From Octopus sinensis (taxonomy: Eukaryota), in NCBI RefSeq assembly GCF_006345805.1, contig NC_042999.1, positions 54,064,001 through 54,128,000 on the forward strand: DNA of 64,000 bases. The letters are read 5' to 3'. Below, in pieces: positions 39,549 to 53,529 of this stretch. The stretch's first letter is position 1. Each line of letters begins with the position of its first letter. The notes beneath the pieces are model-generated. The model saw only the letters and a list, made by a program, of their open reading frames with translations. It did not search any database and was not told the origin of the DNA. Both the position numbers and the translations under genes were made by a program.

Positions 39549-39854
39549 ATATGTATGATCTTGTCTAGATATGTAACTATATGCATGAGAAGACATACAT
39601 AAAACAAAACATACAAATCTGCACATATACATACATACATACATATATATATATATACAGACACAAGCCAACGGGGTTACTTATGGATAGCGGTCAAAAG
39701 GAGACAAATAGTAACGAAGGCTTTCTCTCCTCCATTTTCTTGAGAGGTTATTTGCTAGAGAGGCTATAGGCCAATGGGTTTATTGTCTGAGGAAACGCTA
39801 AGCCTTTTGTTGATGTGAAACAACGTGTAACCCCATAAACCGGCCATATCTATC

Positions 39855-39893
<39 letters not shown>

Positions 39894-40406
39894 TATATAT
39901 TATATAAAAGGGCTTAGTAAAATAAATTACTTTGCCGCATACTGAACTCATTAGAAATAGTAGCCAAAAAAAACTTTTTTAAAACTATTTCTAATACTTA
40001 AAGAAAACCTCTCTCATATAGTGTTTGCTCAATTCAACCCACGAAAGTATGGGGGTAAAGACATTAAAAAATCAAATGCAAAGGTTATTTGAGAACGTAA
40101 ATGAACCTTAAATGGTCCCTTTGCATACTGAATACTTGGTGAAATTGATTAATAATTAATTAATTTTACCCTCAATTGTTGAAATTATAATTCATCTCTC
40201 TCTATTTAATGCCTCGGATTTTACCGAAAAAAGCATAGTGTTTGCTGATTTTAACCCACGCTGGTGGAAAGGGGAGAGCAGAAATTCTTCGCTTGCATAT
40301 TTGAGTTTGCTGGCACTGTTAGTTTCGAGCAGATCTTCAGAAGCGATAAGAAGCCGAAAGGGTATGCTCCCACTTTCAGTGTTTTCAAATCCAAACCAAG
40401 GAGTTC

Positions 40407-40458
40407 TGAGCTGATGATAGAAATGTCAAGTTGACTAATCTTGAAACGTACGTTCTCA
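40407..40458 (+). ncRNA. Type I hammerhead with palindromic helix III
   Basis: tgag CTGATGA [aga..gtca-agt-tgac..tct] GAAAC GTAC GTT ctca. Confidence 0.6.
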
Positions 40459-40744
40459 AATAACCTTTGCATTTGATTTTTTAATGTCTTTACCCCCATA
40501 CTTTCGTGGGTTGAATTGAGCAAACACTATATGAGAGAGGTTTTCTTTAAGTATTAGAAATAGTTTTAAAAAAGTTTTTTTTGGCTACTATTTCTAATGA
40601 GTTCAGTATGCGGCAAAGTAATTTATTTTACTAAGCCCTTTTATATAATGTAATAATTTGAATTCGCCTTAAATGGTCCCTTTGCATACTGAATACTTGG
40701 TGAAATTGATTAATAATTAATTAATTTTACCCTCAATTGTTGAA

Positions 40745-40800
<56 letters not shown>

Positions 40801-41463
40801 CATATATATATCTGGAACTCGACTGAGAATAGAAAACTCCGAATGATCCGTCCTTTTTTTCCTTGTATCGTCTGTCTGGATATTTTGTTGTCCCTTTTTT
40901 TTCACCTAACTCTCTGGATGTTTTACGTTCTTGTCCCATTTTTGTATTATATATATATATATAAAAGGGCTTAGTAAAATAAATTACTTTGCCGCATACT
41001 GAACTCATTAGAAATAGTAGCCAAAAAAAACTTTTTTAAAACTATTTCTAATACTTAAAGAAAACCTCTCTCATATAGTGTTTGCTCAATTCAACCCACG
41101 AAAGTATGGGGGTAAAGACATTAAAAAATCAAATGCAAAGGTTATTTGAGAACGTAAATGAACCTTAAATGGTCCCTTTGCATACTGAATACTTGGTGAA
41201 ATTGATTAATAATTAATTAATTTTACCCTCAATTGTTGAAATTATAATTCATCTCTCTCTATTTAATGCCTCGGATTTTACCGAAAAAAGCATAGTGTTT
41301 GCTGATTTTAACCCACGCTGGTGGAAAGGGGAGAGCAGAAATTCTTCGCTTGCATATTTGAGTTTGCTGGCACTGTTAGTTTCGAGCAGATCTTCAGAAG
41401 CGATAAGAAGCCGAAAGGGTATGCTCCCACTTTCAGTGTTTTCAAATCCAAACCAAGGAGTTC

Positions 41464-41515
41464 TGAGCTGATGATAGAAATGTCAAGTTGACTAATCTTG
41501 AAACGTACGTTCTCA
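41464..41515 (+). ncRNA. Second identical hammerhead copy
   Basis: Identical to 40407-40458. Confidence 0.6.
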
Positions 41516-41797
41516 AATAACCTTTGCATTTGATTTTTTAATGTCTTTACCCCCATACTTTCGTGGGTTGAATTGAGCAAACACTATATGAGAGATTTTC
41601 TTTAAGTATTAGAAATAGTTTTAAAAAAGTTTTTTTTGGCTACTATTTCTAATGAGTTCAGTATGTGGCAAAGTAATTTATTTTACTAAGCCCTTTTATA
41701 TAATGTAATAATTTGAATTCGCCTTAAATGGTCCCTTTGCATACTGAATACTTGGTGAAATTGATTAATAATTAATTAATTTTACCCTCAATTGTTG

Positions 41798-41852
<55 letters not shown>

Positions 41853-42799
41853 ACATATATATATCTGGAACTCGACTGAGAATAGAAAACTCCGAATGAT
41901 CCGTCCTTTTTTTCCTTGTATCGTCTGTCTGGATATTTTGTTGTCCCTTTTTTTTCACCTAACTCTCTGGATGTTTTACGTTCTTGTCCCATTTTTGTAT
42001 TATATATATATAAATATATAATACAATATGTGCATGTGTAGGCGTGTGGATGATGGTGTAGTGGTCAGTGCTAGTATGTATGTATGTATGTATGTATGTA
42101 TGTATGTATGTATGTATGTATGTATGTATGTATGTATAAATTTCAGCCTGCTAGCCTTCATCGGCTTCATATAAACTTTGAAAATTGGAGGAGCTATGTT
42201 ACATGGGAGGAGCTATGTTACATAGTACATAGGTTGTAGGGTGAGTTCTAATGGAGGAGCTATGTTACATAGTACATAGGTTGTAGGGTGAGTTCTAATA
42301 GAAAGGTATTAAAGGTTTTACTATTTAAAGTCGGAGTTCTATTATTGTTCAGTGTTCCGTCAAGCGTGTAAAACTTTGTAATCAGCTGTGTCTATTTAGG
42401 TTGTATCAGCTTTAGGTCATGGGGTTGTTCTTGAAGGGTTCACAAATGAATGTCGGTAGGTGAAAATGTTAGTTGGTAACTCGGCTAAATTGCTGATGTT
42501 ATTCGGACGTTTTCTGGAAGATTTACCTTTTACGTTTAGTGGAGGTGAAGATTGTGCGCTATATTTATATAAATATTCGTTCTATTCGGCTTGAAGCGTT
42601 GATATTTGTAATATATTATTTTGGAAATGTGCATATACTGAAATACGGGGCACTACAAAAATGTGTGCGTACACCTATCTACAAATGAATTCACAGGCTT
42701 ATACATATATACACAAATATATATATATACATATCTATCTATCTTTATGTGTGTGTGTGTCTGTGTGTATAATTGTCTTATAGATAGATAGATAGATAA

Positions 42800-42830
<31 letters not shown>

Positions 42831-42850
42831 AAAGAGAGAAAGAAAGAGAG

Positions 42851-42899
<49 letters not shown>

Positions 42900-43656
42900 T
42901 TCTATGCGGTTTCCCTAATTCTACCAATTTCCTTGGCTATTAACTAAAATGGCGTCATTCCTCTCCAGATATTTCAACTGGGTCTTAGTGTTAATTCCTG
43001 CTTTAATTTCTTGTTTTGCTATTTTTAAACGCTTTGCATTTCGTTTATGCATTCCTTTATATTCGAAGACGACCATTTACCATCTTGAAAATCAAAGAAG
43101 AACCTGTTATAATGCTAACTGCAACTTTCCAGTTATCGATCACATTGTGTGTATCATACATTTGTCTGCTCGTTTCCACTGGAAGTTCCTCTTTCTTCGA
43201 CTCACACAATCTTAGCCTAACACATCACAAAGCAGATTGCTTTCCAGGCGAGACGTTTAAAATTTGCATTTAGATACAGAAAGGCATTAATATCATGCTT
43301 TTTGACCTCCTTGTTCTGCATGTTTTCTTTATTAAGGTTGTTGTTGCTATTGTTCTTGAACATGCTGCTCTTGTTGTTGTTGTTGTTGATGTTGCTGTTG
43401 TGGTTGTTGTTGTTGTTGCTATTGCTACTGCTGTCATTGTTACTACAGCACTTACAGCTTCTGCTGGTGAAGTTCACGACGTTATTGTGTCTGCTGTTTC
43501 GATGTTGTTGGTTTAACACTCGCTGCTAAATCTGTTCAGATTATCGTTGGTGAGTTTAACACTCGCTGCTAAATCTGTTCAGATTATCGTTGGTGAGTTT
43601 GGAAAAAATCGGCAGAGCGTCCAACAAAACACCTCTACTCTTTTTTTTTTTTTTTT

Positions 43657-44050
43657 TACTCTTTTACTTGTTTCAGTCATTTGACTGCGGCCATGCTGGA
43701 GCACCGCCTTTAGTCGATCAAATCGACCCCAGGACTTATTCTTTGGAAGCCTAGTACTTATTCTATCGATCTCTTTTGCCGAACCGCTAAGTAACGGGGA
43801 CGTAAACACACCAGCATCGGTTGTCAAGCAATGCTAGGGGACAAACACAGACACACAAACACACACACGCATATATATATATATACATATATACGACGGG
43901 CTTCTTTCAGTTTCCGTCTACCAAATCCACTCACAAGGCTTTGGTCGGCCCAAAGCTATAGCAGAAGACACTTGCCCAAGGTGCCACGCTGTGGGACTGA
44001 ACCCGGGACCATGTGGTTGGTAAGCAAGCTACTTACCACACAGCCACTCC
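43657..44050 (-). mobile_element. Full-length family 2 SINE
   Basis: tRNA head, internal (TA)n/(TG)n, tail gactgaaacaagtaaaagag. Confidence 0.88.
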
Positions 44051-44248
44051 TACACCTCTGTGTATTTGTCCCGGTGCTTTCGCTTCAAACTCAACTTTAC
44101 CATTAATTCTTCAAGGATCAATAAAATAAAATACCAATCATCAAATAGAGTTCGATTACAATCGATTCTTTCGTTCTCGCAACTTCTGAGACCGTGTATC
44201 AATATAAGAAAGCAATATTATTGTTGATGGGGTTTTTATTAAAATCGC

Positions 44249-44279
<31 letters not shown>

Positions 44280-44638
44280 GTTTGAGGAACTCTTATTGTT
44301 TGAGTTAACGGTGATAGAAGGGAAAAAGCGATTGGGGTTCTGCTGTTAATGTGGTAGTTGTGCATGTGGTATTCTAAGATGTTATTCTAGTAGTAGCAGC
44401 TGTTACAGTGTTGTTATTTTGGTGGCGGTGGCGTTGGTGATGGTGGCGGCGGCGGCGCAGTGAGGGCAGCGACGGCGGCGGCCTCGGCGGTAGTGGTTTA
44501 AGGGTGTTGGGGATGGTGGCTTTTTTATGATGTAAAATTGTTGACCCTACTATGGTGTGTAGTCGAGAAAATCAAAAACAAACAATGTGCATGCGCGAAA
44601 TAAGAAATGTAAAATGGCGACTTTACCCTCGCACCCTG

Positions 44639-44753
<115 letters not shown>

Positions 44754-44886
44754 ATCGGCAACATTCGTCAATTTCTTGTAAATGGAGTCATAACTCCGAA
44801 ACATTGAATACAAAGTAAGTCTACATTAATTCATATATTTGTTTTTGTGATTTACCTTGCATTTAGTTCGCATTGTTCCGGCCTTA

Positions 44887-45046
44887 GAAGTGGCTGTGTG
44901 GTAAGTAGCTTGTCTACCAACCACATGGTTCCGGGTTCAGTCCCACTGCGTGGCACACCTGGGCAAGTGTCTTCTACTATAGCCTCGGGCCGACCAAAGC
45001 CTTGTGAGTGGATTTGGTAGACGGAAACTGAAAGAAGCCCGTCGTA

Positions 45047-45089
<43 letters not shown>

Positions 45090-45318
45090 TATATATCGTG
45101 TGTGTGTTTGTGTGTCTGTGTTTGTCCCCTAGCATTGCTTGACAACCGATGCTGGTGTGTTTATGTCCCCGTTACTTAGCGGTTCGGCAAAAGAGACCGA
45201 TAGAATAAGTATTGGGCTTACAAAAAGAATAAGTCCCGGGGTCGAGTTGCTCGATTAAAGGCGGTGCTCCAGCATGGCCGCAGTCAAATGACTGAAACAA
45301 GTAAAAGAGTAAAAGAGA
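44887..45318 (+). mobile_element. Full-length family 2 SINE
   Basis: Same organisation as 43657-44050, opposite strand. Confidence 0.88.
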
Positions 45319-45329
45319 TACATACATAG

Positions 45330-45419
<90 letters not shown>

Positions 45420-45638
45420 GCATATATATATACGTGTGTGTGTCTGTGGAGCTGGACTGTATGCTATTCCCATATTTAACTATTTACATTCTAAACACCT
45501 AAATACAAGTTGTCCCTGTATATAAACATGCATTCACGTCTGTATAGTGACTATATAAGTGCGCACGCACACACACACGTCAGTCTTGTACGTATATAAA
45601 CATTACACACATGTCGGTGTAAATGATCTTGTATATAT

Positions 45639-45669
<31 letters not shown>

Positions 45670-46024
45670 CTTTATTTAAAGCAGCAGGAAATTCAACAAA
45701 ACCTATTACTCTGAGTTTCCCGTTGCCGTTCATCGGACAGTTTTTGCTAGCAAATGTTTTGTTGAATTTTCTGCTGCTTAAAATAAAGCATATTACTCTA
45801 CCACTGGTATTTGAGTACTCTTTTTTCCACCTTGTTTCATATTTATGTGCTTACTCCGGTATATATATATATATATATATATTTATGAAGATTCTTTACT
45901 GTTCCTCCACTCACCCCATCCACCTTCCTTATTTATTTCTTCACCTTAGACCTTCTCAACAAACCACGCTGCCAGTTTTTTTTTCCTTTTTCCGCCACCT
46001 ACTTCCAGTCATTGTCTTCGTGTA

Positions 46025-46545
46025 TATTGGGTTGGTGTATAACTATTGCGGCTTTTTTTCAACAAATTCTATTCTACAAAAACAATAACATGTAACAAAA
46101 ACATCTTTGAATGATTATTCCGGAGTATATTTACCATCTCCTTCAATTACTGCTTCCCATTTGCTTGGCATACAGTCAGATCGTCATTTAAAGATGCTTT
46201 TGTCAAAGAAAATTTGTTGAAGAAAAGCCGCAATAATTATGCACCAACCCAATATCTTTTCAAGACCAGCATCAAGTTGTCATGTAAAGGGAAGCAATTC
46301 TTTATCAAGGGAGATGACTCTTAAAGGCGGTTTAAATTGGACCAAAAGAAAATGTTACTGTCGGTCCTCAGCAAGTACAGCTCTGATCAAAGGAAGTTCA
46401 AATATGACCATCCCGTCTTTTTGTGAGGAACTAGTACTTTTAATACGAAACTATGAAACACGTTTTTCTTTTGGCAAAAAAGGACAGGATGTGAACTTAA
46501 TCAGATCCAACCATATAACACATCATGTTATCAATGGTCTGTCTG
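46025..46545 (-). mobile_element. Mariner 3' remnant
   Basis: TA|TTGGGTTGGTG TIR at 46025; translation ...SKWEAVIEGDGKY resembles a mariner transposase C-terminus. Confidence 0.6.
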
Positions 46546-47221
46546 TGTTAGTGGCATGTCGCATATCCTATTACAGTCATACTCGTGAGACAAATCTGTT
46601 GGTGAGTCGAGTAGAGAGCTGAATCCATTTTACATTCAGAAACATCTGTGAGACATGACTCCGCAAGCTAAATATACACAAACACTGGCTGCGGGCTTTT
46701 CCAGAACGGTTTCCATCGTTCTACAATAATTATAATAATGAAATTATTGTGTATAGAGCTCAGGTGCACTCCAACTCATCAAATGTGCACGTACACTACA
46801 TAGAATTATGTAGAAAATTCAGGAAAGTAAACAGTGTATGAGTCGTGATATACATGTGTGCATGCGTATGGAGGGGTGGGGTATCAGGTGTAGTGTTGGT
46901 AAATTTCAGGAAGCGTGGCGGTTTTGAAGGATGCGAAGTAGATATACGAGTATTCGGCTGACGTCATTCCCATACGTGTAAGGATCTGTTGATGAGCCGA
47001 GTAGAGAGCGAAATCCGTTTTGCACACAGAAACAGCTGTCAGACATGATTCCGCAAGTCAACAATGCACGAACACCGGCCGCAGACTTTTCCACAACGGT
47101 TTTCATCGGTCTGCTCATAGATAAACGACTATTCAGCTGACGTCATTGCCATACGTGTAGAATCTATTCCAAACCATCACGAATGTTTCAGAGTCTTTTA
47201 GCAAACCAGACAGAATAATTA

Positions 47222-47395
47222 GCGGCATTTCTTCCGGCTCTTTACGTTCTGAGTTCAATTCCAGCTGAAGTCAACTTTATCTTTCATCCTTTCGGAGTTT
47301 ATGAAACAAGTACTAGTTGTGCGCTGTGGTCAATGTAATTGACTTACTCCCACGAAAATGCTGGTCTTGTGCCGAAATTAAAAACCAATATTTCA
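47222..47395 (+). mobile_element. Degenerate family 1 SINE
   Basis: ttacgttctgagttcaattcc...gtcaactttatctttcatcctttcgg. Confidence 0.65.
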
Positions 47396-47499
47396 GGGAT
47401 TTCAAGAAATTATCGCGATACTAAGGTTTACAAGTTCTTTTGTATATAAACGCATCAGCGCGTGGAATCTAGGAAACGTCCTCTTCGCCGTCTACCACT

Positions 47500-48500
47500 A
47501 TAATCTATAGAACCCAAGTGTTTAATACCGTATGTATTACTCGACTTGCAGTGAACTGTGATCACTTGACAACATACCAGACTCTAACCACTCGACCTTG
47601 AACTTTGAGTTAAAACTGCTGCTTTGTTAAAGACAAGATTAGTGAAATATGTGTCTGACAAATGACAATGGCGCCTACTGGTCTTCCTACAATTTCTCAA
47701 GATATCATAACTACGGGCATATTTCAGCTTCGTCGTTCGCGCCAAAATGTTGACAGCAAACGTACCTTCAGAAAAGTGGAATTTGTCAATTCTAGAAACA
47801 GAGAAAGAGTAGATGTCCCAATCTGTCGGACAAGATACAATGTCCAGATAATTATAAATTACAGAAGCAATATATACCTTAGTTACTTCTGAACAACATT
47901 TCTGGGAAAACTTCCTCTCGAGCAATTTCCTAGTGATATTATCAATTCTGCAAGATAATATCCATCTTCCCAGTCCTTATTCACTTGGTGTTCCGGCCGG
48001 AACAGTACACTGACTTAAAAGAGTACTCTCTTCACTTATCCTGCATCTATTTGGAAACCATTTCAGTAAGGATTGTTTTGTTTGCTCCAATAGCACACAC
48101 AGCTGTACATTAAAGCTATCTAAATCGGCTTCACTTCGGACAACAGCCAAATTATAATTGACCTTAAAGAAATCTTTAGATGGATTCATATGTTATTTAG
48201 GTGTTCGAGATTACTGCTAAGTCAAGGTACTGCCTGGTACATTTTATTTAGCCTCTACTACGAACAGAAGGCCATCAAATGGTTGGTGCTATCACATATA
48301 GAGAAAACAGGCCTTCTAACGACTATCATTTGAGTGAGTATGGTCAGGGATTTTGTCTGCGCGTTCCTGTTCTGTCCTGGAAAAGTTTTTTTATCGGTGC
48401 TTCATAACCAGAATTGTACTTTTTGCTTCTACAAAAACGCATATTACCAGCTATCATATTATTCAACTCTAGTGACACATCAACCAGTTTACCATCGCAT
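47500..48500 (-). mobile_element. Old, internally deleted L1/Tx1-type remnant
   Basis: SEVTKVYIASVIYNYLDIVSCP aligns with AEVANTYIASVIYYRLTVVPCP of copy A; DGKLVDV resembles EGRLVVLDV of the APE domain. Confidence 0.5.
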
Positions 48501-48934
48501 CTCACAATAAGGATAAATTACCAATTCATTCACGAAACAAAGGAGTTCTTGTTCGCGAGAGCCTCTGAAGATCTTACCTCCACCGACCCTCATTGGTGAG
48601 TACGAGTGATGACTTGCATTTCCCTTCAAGTACTTCTCTACAAAGCTATGTGTGATTTTTTGCCCCGCCGTCTTTTAGTTGTTACGCATCACTAAACAGT
48701 AACCTTTGGGGCTCCTTCATGTCTTTTAGGCGTAGGCTAATAAAGTATTATTTTCTTATATCCGGACGTACCTCGACACCAGACGTATTTATTCGTTTCT
48801 CTCTTAGAGACACGTACATACAGTGCTGTCAGCATCAGACGTGCTGACGAAGAATACTGCTCAGAAATGACTTACTGAAAAATGTTCTTCTATAATTATG
48901 CCCACTTCGCCTGCTTAATCAGTGACTACTGTAT

Positions 48935-49163
48935 CTTTATTACTCACAAGGGGCTAAACATAGAGGGGACAAACAAGGACAGACAAACGGATTAAGTTGA
49001 TTACATCGACCCCAGTGCGTAACTGGTACTTAATTTTATCAACCCCTAAAGGATGAAAGGCAAAGTCGACCTCGGCGGAATTTGAACTCAGAACGTAACG
49101 GCAGACGAACTACGGCTACGCATTTCACCCGGCGTGCTAACGTTTCTGCCAGCTCGCCGCCTT
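48935..49163 (-). mobile_element. Full-length family 1 SINE with flanking direct repeat
   Basis: Complete head and body; atcagtgactact occurs at about 48918-48930 and again at 49164-49176. Confidence 0.88.
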
Positions 49164-49847
49164 ATCAGTGACTACTATATTTCATGTTATAAATAAGATA
49201 AATAGATTTTACTTACCAGCCTATTATCATTCAAAGCGAATTACAAAATATGTCTTACAGCATGTGGAATTTCGCTTTAACAATTAGCGTTGTACTAATC
49301 ATCCATTGAATTTACAAAATTGAAATAAATAAAATATACACAATATGATAGAAAGGAATTGAATTCAACGACAAAGAAAAGGTTTCAAATATTTGTTTTA
49401 CTTAATCAAAAGATCTCCTTACATCTATTGAGAATATTGCATTGAAAAGTAACAGCAAACGGGAGTTAAAAGAACTGGAGGAGGACAAATATACATCGAG
49501 CTCTCTAGTTATCTCTACATCTTTTCTCTGACATTTTATTCTACACACACACACACACAACACTCACGCACAGACCTTTTTCCTTTCAAAGTCCTATAAA
49601 ATCTACCACTCAATCGTTCACTCTCTCATTTTCCCTTCTCTCTGTTTTATTACGTATCTATTTATCTATCGTTTTATATAAAACATATGTGTGTGTATGT
49701 TTACAAACGTATATGTATGTACATGTATATATAAACGTATATTTTCACGTATATATATGCATATATATATATATGTATATGTATATGTATGTATATGTAT
49801 TTATGTATGTATATACACACATGAATATATACATGCGCACAGATATA

Positions 49848-49893
<46 letters not shown>

Positions 49894-50844
49894 GGGGTGG
49901 AGGGTACATATATACATTTCAGGAGAGTATGTATGCATCCGTGAGTATGTATCTGTGTCCGTTGCAGGGATGGGGGTAATGTAAACTGGTTTCTAAATGG
50001 AATTCTGCACTACGATAAAAACTTTATTTAGAGTACACACAAACTCTCTATTTTTAAAGTACACACAAGCAACCTTTTTCTCTTGCCACATATTTTCACA
50101 AATAAGAAATTTTTAAAAAAACGTGAAAAAAATCAGAATAAATTTTCAATTATTTAAAAGCCTCTAATCTTAATAAAATTTTCATTTCTCTTTCTTTTTT
50201 ATTAGTTCATAATTTTTTTATTTGTTCTTTATTTTATATTTTTTATTTCTTCTTTATTTTTTCTATATGTTGGAGGGCATATTTTTTCTGAGTTTTCTTT
50301 ATGTTTTGCAAAATATACATTAATAAAATATCAATATAACTTCAACAACTATTTTTTTCTTTTTTTTTTACTCTATTTTCGATTTCATTATTAACAGAGA
50401 GGTTTTACATAAGATATCTTGACTGAAGTAACAGTCTAAAATGAAGAACGTCATTCTTCGTCGAGAAAAGATAACCTTACAATACCATTCAGTGTCCTTA
50501 TAAACGAACGGCGTTTCAGGTGGACAGCAAATGGAATCAGGATCCAAAAGATAGAGAAGTACAAACACTGGGTATGGTGATTGAAGACTGAGCGAGAAGC
50601 TCACGAGTTCATTTTAAGAATTCTATAATGCCATTATCAATCTGACTGATCATTTCCTTTCCTTTCACTGTATGACTAAGAAAATTAACACATCAACTTC
50701 CAAACCACCGACCAGCCATCAAAGTACACGAACGACTCAACACTAAATTGAATAAGTGACGCACTGCAGGATTAAACTGTCTATTCCAATTCTACATACA
50801 TACTTATATATACGCTTATGCGTACATTCGTATGACATGTTACA

Positions 50845-51290
50845 GACTGGAGGACACATGCCCTCAGCTGCTTCGACTATTGCTCCCAACTATGGTCACC
50901 ACACAGCATAAAATCAACAGCGGAACTCGAAGCAATCCAACGTAGCTACACTAAGAAAATCGTTTCAATGCAACGTTTCAACTACTGGAAAATGGCTGAA
51001 AGAGTTTAAAAAATCTTCTCCCTAGAACGAAGGCGCAAAAGATATGCAGTGATATACATCTGGAAAATCTTTGAAGGCCTTGTACCAAACTTTGGCATTG
51101 AAAGCTACACAAACAGCAGGACGGAGTGCCACTGCATAATGCCAAAGATCCCGCCATTACCATCAAAATAAAGGACCAGATACTGCAGCAGCATCAAGGG
51201 CCCTCATTTACCAAATGCCACATACCAGAGGAGGTTTCAAATAATGAAGGTGTAGCAAAGCCAACAGTGGTACTCCAGCAAGAACGCAGC
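50845..51290 (+). mobile_element. CR1-like LINE 3' fragment
   Basis: DYCSQLWSP, LEAIQRSYT and SLERRRKRYAVIYIWKIFEGLVPN. Confidence 0.75.
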
Positions 51291-51363
51291 TTTAAAGGTG
51301 AAACAAGTTAAAGAGTTAAGGAATGACATATATAATATATATATATATATGTATATATACATC

Positions 51364-51406
<43 letters not shown>

Positions 51407-51412
<6 letters not shown>

Positions 51413-53024
51413 AAAATAGTAAAGTGTGAAAAAACGACAGAAGGCTTAAATGTTAAAAAATATATAATTTGTGTCAAAATGTCTGGAGAATATTGGAAAA
51501 ATTTTTTTTCCTTTCCTTAAAATGACATAATTTTAAAAATTTTTAAAGAAATTACCGGTTTCGCGTGTAGCTTTTCAAATTTCTTGTGACGTTATGTTTA
51601 TATTGCATGGAATTATCGTTGTTTTTATTTCCAGGAGATTTCTAAATAAGGGGAGGTAGTGAGTGATTTTTTCCGGTGTAGGGGAGATAATCGCTTAAAA
51701 ATTTTTTTTCCCTTTTCCTTGTTAATTTCTCTGTGTCAGTATGTTCGGATGGTTGAGTCTGGGTTGGTACTTTCAATGAAGAATGTTCCTCCTTGTCAGT
51801 CTCATTTGTGTTGATGATCCGAAAGCTCATTGGTAAAATGGGAAGATTAAAAATTGTGGCAGTAGTTGCTTTGCGCATTTCTCAATGTGCTCACTAAAAG
51901 GTATCATTCTATATTCTGGGAATGCAATCTGTTGTCGATGCAGTGTGCATCTGCGCCTGAGTGATAGTCCCGTGGAACCCACGTAGTCTGGTGGCAGCCC
52001 GAGCATTTAATAACATAAATTATGTTTTCAGAGGCACAAGTAAAGTTAGATTTGATCTTAAATTTCTGTCCCTCTTTAAAGAAGAATTCTGATCCTTCCA
52101 ATAGGTTAGGACATGTTGCACAGTTCGATCTACCACATTTTTTTACTTTGCATCCGTAATTTTAGAAGACAATTTTGCCTTTGTGAGAATCTTTTTAAGT
52201 GATTTAGGCTGTTTGTAGCTTTTAATGATTTGGTGTATTTTAGAATTTCCTTTAATTTTGGGTTTTTATGAAGTATTGGTAAATTCTGGGTGATGATGGT
52301 GAAGGCTTCTTTGTTTCTGGGGTTGTATGTAGATATGTAAGGTAGTATTTTCGGGGAAGGTGTGTTGTTGTGTTGAACTTTTCTTAAAGTTTCTATGTTG
52401 ATTTCTGTTGCACGTCTGATCCCATCCTCTATGAGTTGAGCTGGGTAATGTCTGTCAATTAGGGTGTTTTTGAGTTCTTGCAGTCTAAAGTTCCTGGTAT
52501 TTTGTTCTGACACTATTGTGCATATCCTTCTTGCAAGGTTGAAGGGGATGTTTGTTTTAGTGTGTCTTGGGTGGCATGAATTAAAAAGAAGGTATTGTTT
52601 GGCGTCTGTGGCTTTGTAAAAAATGTCTGTTTCTATTTTAAGGTTAATTTTTTTAATTAGTATATCCAAGAACGGGAGGTCCTTTTGGTTGTATTCCATT
52701 GTGAACTGTATATTTGGGTGAAAAAAATTTTTAAGCGATTATCTCCCCTACACCGGAAAAAAATCACTCACTACCTCCCCTTATTTAGAAATCTCCTGGA
52801 AATAAAAACAACGATAATTCCATGCAATATAAACATAACGTCACAAGAAATTTGAAAAGCTACACGCGAAACCGGTAATTTCTTTAAAAATTTTTAAAAT
52901 TATGTCATTTTAAGGAAAGGAAAAAAAATTTTTCCAATATTCTCCAGACATTTTGACACAAATATATATATTTTTTAACATTTAAGCCTTCTGTCGTTTT
53001 TTCACACTTTACTATTTTCTTATA
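51407..53024 (-). mobile_element. Penelope-like element: RT thumb plus GIY-YIG fragment between 300-bp inverted pLTRs
   Basis: LPFLDI...YLLFNSCHPRHTK in 52130..52699; FTCASENIIYVIKCSGC in 51904..52101; 51407-51710 is the reverse complement of 52720-53024. Confidence 0.88.
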
Positions 53025-53199
53025 TATTCACCCACGTGCTTTACCAAACAAACTTTCTTATCTATATATATATATATATGGAAAAAGTCAAGATAGAAAA
53101 TGCCAAAAAAATATATATTTAAAAAATCTAATCGTCTATATTTATGTGCATGTTTGTATAAACGCATGCACAAATGTGTATATATGTATGTATAAAAAA

Positions 53200-53208
53200 T
53201 ATATAAGC

Positions 53209-53248
<40 letters not shown>

Positions 53249-53495
53249 GTATATGTATATATAGTATGTATATATATATATGTATGTATGTATATGTATA
53301 ATATATATGTATATATATATGTATATATATATGTATATATGTATGTATGTATATATATATATATATATGTATGTAATATATATGTATGTATATATATATA
53401 TGTATATCATATATATATATATTATATATGTATGTATATATATATATATGTATGTTATATATATGTATATCATCATATATATATATTTATATGCA

Positions 53496-53529
<34 letters not shown>

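Larger units (their letters stand above)
39898..42011. mobile_element. Two tandem 1,057-bp Penelope-like units, each with a 200-bp inverted repeat and a hammerhead
   Basis: Period 1057 (39906 vs 40963); arms at about 39900-40099 and 40449-40648; identical ORF translations 40251..40523 and 41308..41580. Confidence 0.8.

Noticed and set aside
39785-39832. CTGAGGA...GAAAC motif
   Set aside because: Helices I and II do not pair convincingly.
43217-43529. Poly-Asn/poly-Leu ORFs
   Set aside because: Derived from a degenerate (GTT)n microsatellite.
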